12,083 bases of DNA. It comes from an uncultured archaeon. Its GTDB lineage: Archaea; Altiarchaeota; Altiarchaeia; IMC4; SCGC-AAA252-I15. A program made the position numbers and the translations under genes. The notes below the pieces were generated by a model. The model did no database searches. It worked only from the letters and a program-made list of their open reading frames with translations, and had not been told where the DNA came from. The DNA lies in contig CAZPLO010000033.1 in NCBI GenBank assembly GCA_964587725.1, positions 1 to 12,083 on the forward strand, given 5' to 3'. Below are positions 8,331 to 12,083 of the stretch, in pieces. Within the stretch, counting starts at the first letter, position 1; the number at the start of each line of letters is the position of its first letter.

Positions 8331-9172
8331 ACGTCGTTGTCACAGGCGGCGGAAGCGGCATAGGCGCGGCGGTGGCTGAAAACCTCGCAGCAGACGGCCA
8401 CCGAATACTGGTATGCGGCCGGACCGAAGGGAAACTCCGTGAAGTCGCCTCCAAGGGTATGTTGTGGTGTGTCTGCGACGTCGCCGACGAAAAACAGGTG
8501 AAGGGGTTCGCAGAATACGCTGGGAAAGAACTGGGTCACGTGGACGTGCTCATAAACGCTGCCGGGGTTCAAGGCGAAATAGGGCGCTTCGACGAAACAG
8601 ACTCCGAAAAATGGTTGAACACCTTCAAGACCAACATGTTCGGCGTCTACCTGATGGCGAAGCACATGCTGCCGCTGATACTGAAGTCCGAAACCAGGAG
8701 GATAATCAATTTCTCCGGCGGCGGCGCATTCAATGCGTTCCCAAACTACAGCGCCTACGCGGTGTCTAAGGCCGGCGTCATCCGCTTCACCGAAAACATC
8801 GCCGAAGAACTTCGGGAACTGGGTGTCGCCGTCAACTGCGTGGCTCCGGGGTTCGTCGCCACCGGCATACACGGTGAAACCCTGGAGGCGGGGGAGCGCG
8901 CGGGCAGAGACTACCTCGAATTCACGAAACAGAAGCTCAAGGAAGGGTCGGTGCCGATGAAGGTCCCGGTCGCATGCGTCCGGTTCCTCATACACGACTC
9001 CGGCGGCCTCACCGGCAAGACGCTGAGCGCCGGCTTCGACCCCTGGGACAAAAAAGAGTTCAAGGACTTCATAGATGGGTTGAACGAATCGGACCTTTAT
9101 ACGATGAGGCGCATAAACTTAGTCAACCTCGATTTGAGGGACAGGCTGAGGAAACTGGGTGAACTGAAGTGA
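8327..9172 (+). CDS. Classical short-chain dehydrogenase/reductase
   Basis: 'VTGGGSGIG', 'CDVAD', 'LINAAG', YxxxK 'YAVSK' and 'VNCVAPG'. ATG at 8327 forms an ATGA overlap and is preferred over 8318. Confidence 0.92.
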   Translation: MNVVVTGGGSGIGAAVAENLAADGHRILVCGRTEGKLREVASKGMLWCVCDVADEKQVKGFAEYAGKELGHVDVLINAAGVQGEIGRFDETDSEKWLNTFKTNMFGVYLMAKHMLPLILKSETRRIINFSGGGAFNAFPNYSAYAVSKAGVIRFTENIAEELRELGVAVNCVAPGFVATGIHGETLEAGERAGRDYLEFTKQKLKEGSVPMKVPVACVRFLIHDSGGLTGKTLSAGFDPWDKKEFKDFIDGLNESDLYTMRRINLVNLDLRDRLRKLGELK

Positions 9173-10149
9173 ACGTTTTGATAATAGGCGGGACGGGATA
9201 CGTTGGCTCGAAGCTCGCGCCGAAGCTGCTGGAAGACGGATACGACGTAACAGTAGCTGACTGGATGATGTACGGCAACCACCTCCCGTTCGACAGAAAC
9301 CTGAGGTGCGTGAAAACAGACATACGCGACAGAGAGGGGGTGGAAGGGCTCTTTGAAACAGGCTACGACGCGGTGGTGATGCTCGCTTCGATATCCAACG
9401 ACCCCATGGGCGACCTGAACCCAAAGCTCACGGAATCCATCAACGTCGACGCAACAGAAAACATAATCGATTTGTGCGTGGGCAAAGGCGTGCCACGCTT
9501 CATATTCGCGTCCAGCTCCAGCGTATACGGGGTCAACGACCAAGAGAACATTACAGAGGATGTTCCCACAGCCCCGATTTCACTGTACAGCAGAACCAAG
9601 GAGTGGGTGGAAGACTACCTGCGTGAGAAATCGTCCGACTCCTTCCAGCCCACCATCGTACGGCCCGCTACGGTATGCGGATACAGCCCCCGCCAGCGCC
9701 TCGACCTGATAGTGAACCTCCTCGCCTACAAAGCATACTTCGACGGAGGAATAACCATCGAAGGCGGGGAACGCATACGGCCTCACATACACGTGGACGA
9801 CATGGTCTGCGTATACCAGAGCCTCCTTGAAGCTCCTGAGGAGAAGGTCGCTGGGATGACGTTCAACTGCGGCGCAGAAATCATGAGTCTGCTGGAACTG
9901 GGGGAGAAGGTTCAGAAACACACGGGCTGCAAGTTAGGCGAAGCGGAGGGCCCTGACAAGAGAAGCCACCGTCTGAACTCCGACCTCATCAAAGAAACCC
10001 TGGACATAAAGTTCACGAAAACCGTCGACGACGCAATTTCAGACCTCATATGGGCGTTCGAAAACCATCTGGCAGACCCGTCGGACGGCCGCTTATTTAA
10101 TCTGAAGTGGTATAACTACCTACTCGACAAAGGCTCCATAAGCCTCTGA
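9169..10149 (+). CDS. NAD-dependent nucleotide-sugar epimerase/dehydratase/reductase (extended SDR), second copy
   Basis: 'GGTGYVGS', 'LASISNDP', 'FASSSSVYG', 'YSRTK', 'RPATVCGYSPRQRLDL' and 'RPHIHVDD'. GTGA overlap start. Confidence 0.9.
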   Translation: MNVLIIGGTGYVGSKLAPKLLEDGYDVTVADWMMYGNHLPFDRNLRCVKTDIRDREGVEGLFETGYDAVVMLASISNDPMGDLNPKLTESINVDATENIIDLCVGKGVPRFIFASSSSVYGVNDQENITEDVPTAPISLYSRTKEWVEDYLREKSSDSFQPTIVRPATVCGYSPRQRLDLIVNLLAYKAYFDGGITIEGGERIRPHIHVDDMVCVYQSLLEAPEEKVAGMTFNCGAEIMSLLELGEKVQKHTGCKLGEAEGPDKRSHRLNSDLIKETLDIKFTKTVDDAISDLIWAFENHLADPSDGRLFNLKWYNYLLDKGSISL

Positions 10150-10151
10150 AA

Positions 10152-10757
10152 ATGCAGTACGTTGAACATTACCTTGAAGGCGCCAAGAAGATACTGGATG
10201 AGGTGAGCAGGGAGGACATCGAAGCCGTCGTCAAAGAGGTGGCGGCGGTCAGGGACCGCGGCGGCAGAGTATTCTTCATAGGCGTCGGCGGCGGAGCCGC
10301 GAACGCCTCCCACGCAGTCAACGACTACCGCAAGATATGCGGCATAGAGGCTTACACGCCAACAGACAACGTCGCCGAACTGTCTGCCAGGGCCAACGAC
10401 GAAGGCTGGGAGACCGTTTTCCGGGAGTGGCTGCGGCAGAGCCGCCTTAACGAAAAAGACATGGTGTTCGTGTTCTCCGTCGGCGGAGGCAACGTGGAGA
10501 AGAACGTGAGCGTCAACATCGTGAACGCGCTGTCGTATGCGAAGGAGGTCGGAGCCTCCATATGCGGTGTCGTAGGCCGCGACGGCGGATACACCCGGAA
10601 GGTGGCGACCGCATCCGTTTTAATACCGACGGTCGACTCGGGTTCTGTGACGCCGCACACGGAGTCGTTTCAGATGCTAGTATCCCATTTGATAGTGTCG
10701 CATCCGGAGTTGTGCGCGCACGGGATGAAGTGGGAGTCGATTGATGAGGTGAAGTGA
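10152..10757 (+). CDS. SIS-domain sugar-phosphate isomerase, GmhA (phosphoheptose isomerase)-like but divergent
   Basis: 'GGRVFFIGVGGGAANASHAVND', 'LSARANDEGWETVF' (cf. GmhA 'xAxxNDxGYxxVF'), 'NIVNAL', 'GRDGG' and 'HTESFQMLVSH'. Confidence 0.85.
   Translation: MQYVEHYLEGAKKILDEVSREDIEAVVKEVAAVRDRGGRVFFIGVGGGAANASHAVNDYRKICGIEAYTPTDNVAELSARANDEGWETVFREWLRQSRLNEKDMVFVFSVGGGNVEKNVSVNIVNALSYAKEVGASICGVVGRDGGYTRKVATASVLIPTVDSGSVTPHTESFQMLVSHLIVSHPELCAHGMKWESIDEVK
10746..10752 (+). promoter_or_regulatory. Shine-Dalgarno-like GAGGTGA for the transaldolase gene
   Basis: GAGGTGA lies 7 nt upstream of ATG 10760 and is complementary to the 16S rRNA 3' end. This form is common in archaea. Confidence 0.6.
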
Positions 10758-10759
10758 AT

Positions 10760-11449
10760 ATGGCGATTTTTCTGGATTCAAGCAAGGTGGAGGAGATACG
10801 GAAATACCATGAGATGGGAGTAATCAGGGGCGTGACAACCAACCCCACCATCATGTTCAAGGACGGCGTCAAAGGCTGGTTGAAGGGCATAGAGAAACGG
10901 AGCAAGGAGATTGCGGCCCTCGTCAACCCCTACCCGGTGTCCGTTGAAGTGCTTACAAACGAACCGGAGAAGATGCTGGAGCAGGCGATAGAGTTCTCCA
11001 AGTGGGCCGGCAACATAAACGTGAAGATAACCATACACGGCCCCAACGGGGAGCTGGACAACCTGAAGGTCGTGCATGAACTCGAAACCGAGCACGATGT
11101 CCGCGTCAACGTCACGGCAATGATGAGCGCCCAACAATGCTATCTCGCCGCGGAAGCCGGCGCAACCTTTGTTTCATTGTTCGGCGGCCGCGTCAACAAC
11201 ATGGGCTACAACTGCTGCGAGGAGATAATGAAGACCCGTGAGTTATTGGACGACTTCGGCTTGGACGCCAGAATCATTATCGGCTCCACCCGGGAGATAC
11301 TCAACATCGTCGAATGGCTGAACGCCGGTGCACACATCGTAACTGTGGTGCCGAAGTTCATAGAGGGCATGATAGTCCACCCCTACTCTAAGGAGACGGT
11401 GCAGATGTTTTTGGGCGACGCCGAGAACCTGCAGGCGAAGCTCAAGTAA
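10760..11449 (+). CDS. Transaldolase, small TalC/FSA (MipB) subfamily
   Basis: 'IFLDS', 'GVTTNPT', 'VSVEV', Schiff-base Lys in 'NINVKIT', 'NVTA', 'GATFVSLFGGR', 'GSTR' and 'HPYS'. Glu in VSVEV plus Phe in SLFGGR is the transaldolase-type rather than FSA-type (Gln/Tyr) pairing. An alternative GTG start exists at 10754. Confidence 0.9.
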   Translation: MAIFLDSSKVEEIRKYHEMGVIRGVTTNPTIMFKDGVKGWLKGIEKRSKEIAALVNPYPVSVEVLTNEPEKMLEQAIEFSKWAGNINVKITIHGPNGELDNLKVVHELETEHDVRVNVTAMMSAQQCYLAAEAGATFVSLFGGRVNNMGYNCCEEIMKTRELLDDFGLDARIIIGSTREILNIVEWLNAGAHIVTVVPKFIEGMIVHPYSKETVQMFLGDAENLQAKLK

Positions 11450-11451
11450 GT

Positions 11452-11970
11452 ATGGACGCAGTCTTCCTGGACCGCGACGGTGTGTTGAACGAGCCGGTGT
11501 TCCGTGGTTCAGGGAAGCCCATCGCCCCCTGGACCCTGGACGAATTTCATATACTCGACGTCGGCGAACCGTTGAACCGGCTGAAGGACATGGGTTACCT
11601 GCTGTTCATCGTCACCAACCAGCCTGACATAGCCAAGGGGATTGTTGATGCGGAGGTCGTGGACGAGATGAACGCCATGCTCTTGGAACGATATCCTATT
11701 TCTGAGGCCGCCGTCTGTCCGCATGCCGACGAAGACGGCTGCAGCTGCAGGAAGCCGAAGCCGGGCATGATACTGTCGCTCGCCGAAAAATGGAATGTTG
11801 ACCTGGGCAAATCCTATCTGATAGGCGATAACTGGAAGGACATCGAAGCAGGGAGGAACGCGGGCGCCACCTCCATACTGCTGGGCAGAGAATACAACAA
11901 AGGGGTTGAAGCAGACCACCGCGCCGAAGACCTGCGGGAGGCGGTGGACCTGATGCGCCTCCTCCAATAG
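11452..11970 (+). CDS. gmhB: D,D-heptose 1,7-bisphosphate phosphatase-like HAD-IIIA enzyme
   Basis: 'AVFLDRDGVLN', 'VTNQP', Zn site 'CPH....CSCRKPKPGM' and 'IGDNWKDIEAG'. Confidence 0.88.
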   Translation: MDAVFLDRDGVLNEPVFRGSGKPIAPWTLDEFHILDVGEPLNRLKDMGYLLFIVTNQPDIAKGIVDAEVVDEMNAMLLERYPISEAAVCPHADEDGCSCRKPKPGMILSLAEKWNVDLGKSYLIGDNWKDIEAGRNAGATSILLGREYNKGVEADHRAEDLREAVDLMRLLQ

Positions 11971-11981
11971 TCGAACCGCCC

Positions 11982-11993
11982 CCTTTATAAAGG
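11982..11993. promoter_or_regulatory. Perfect 12-bp palindrome CCTTTATAAAGG containing a bidirectional TATA-like box
   Basis: Read directly from the sequence, 12 bp after the gmhB-like stop. Function unknown. Confidence 0.35.
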
Positions 11994-12013
11994 AAAAAAT
12001 ACAAGAAAGTCAC

Positions 12014-12039
12014 GAAAGATACACTTTAGTGTATCTTTC
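12014..12039. repeat. Perfect inverted repeat GAAAGATACACT-tt-AGTGTATCTTTC (12-bp arms, 2-nt spacer); candidate operator or terminator
   Basis: Arms 12014-12025 and 12028-12039 are exact reverse complements. Outer AAAGT (12006-12010) and ACTTT (12044-12048) extend it imperfectly. Confidence 0.8.
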
Positions 12040-12053
12040 ATACACTTTTGTGT

Positions 12054-12071
12054 AACCGCTAGGTTTTTATG
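12054..12071 (+). promoter_or_regulatory. Possible archaeal BRE/TATA promoter for a gene beyond the window
   Basis: AACCGCTAGG followed by TTTTTATG resembles archaeal BRE-TATA arrangements. The downstream gene is not visible. Confidence 0.35.
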
Positions 12072-12083
12072 TGCGTAACACCC

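Noticed and set aside
8282-8995. 237-aa antisense ORF opposite the SDR
   Set aside because: No recognisable motifs. Long antisense ORFs are a common by-product of GC-rich codon usage, especially opposite SDR genes.
11971-12083. CRISPR leader/repeat or tRNA in the AT-rich tail
   Set aside because: No repeat-spacer periodicity, cas gene or cloverleaf is visible within the window.

Overview
A single + strand, tightly coupled run of 13 genes (the first is cut by the window edge) forming a nucleotide-sugar/surface-glycan biosynthesis cluster. Order: GT-B (GT4-like) glycosyltransferase, radical SAM-SPASM/twitch protein, ATP-grasp ligase, HAD phosphatase, DegT/DnrJ aminotransferase, NAD-dependent epimerase/dehydratase, nucleotidyltransferase-PfkB kinase fusion (HldE domains in reversed order), Gfo/Idh/MocA oxidoreductase, classical SDR, second epimerase/dehydratase, divergent GmhA-like SIS isomerase, transaldolase, GmhB-like phosphatase. 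An AT-rich tail holds two perfect palindromes and TATA-like boxes. Codon usage (many ATA/AGG codons at high GC), GGTG/GAGGTGA ribosome-binding motifs and TATA-like boxes suggest an archaeal source (inference). The most interesting feature is that the family inventory parallels the lincosamide GDP-aminooctose pathway. With the non-canonical isomerase, transaldolase and HldE residues, this suggests an uncharacterised NDP-amino-heptose/octose pathway with radical SAM and ATP-grasp tailoring. The ATP-grasp/HAD pair is lower in GC and looks separately acquired. No RNA genes, CRISPR array or mobile element were seen.
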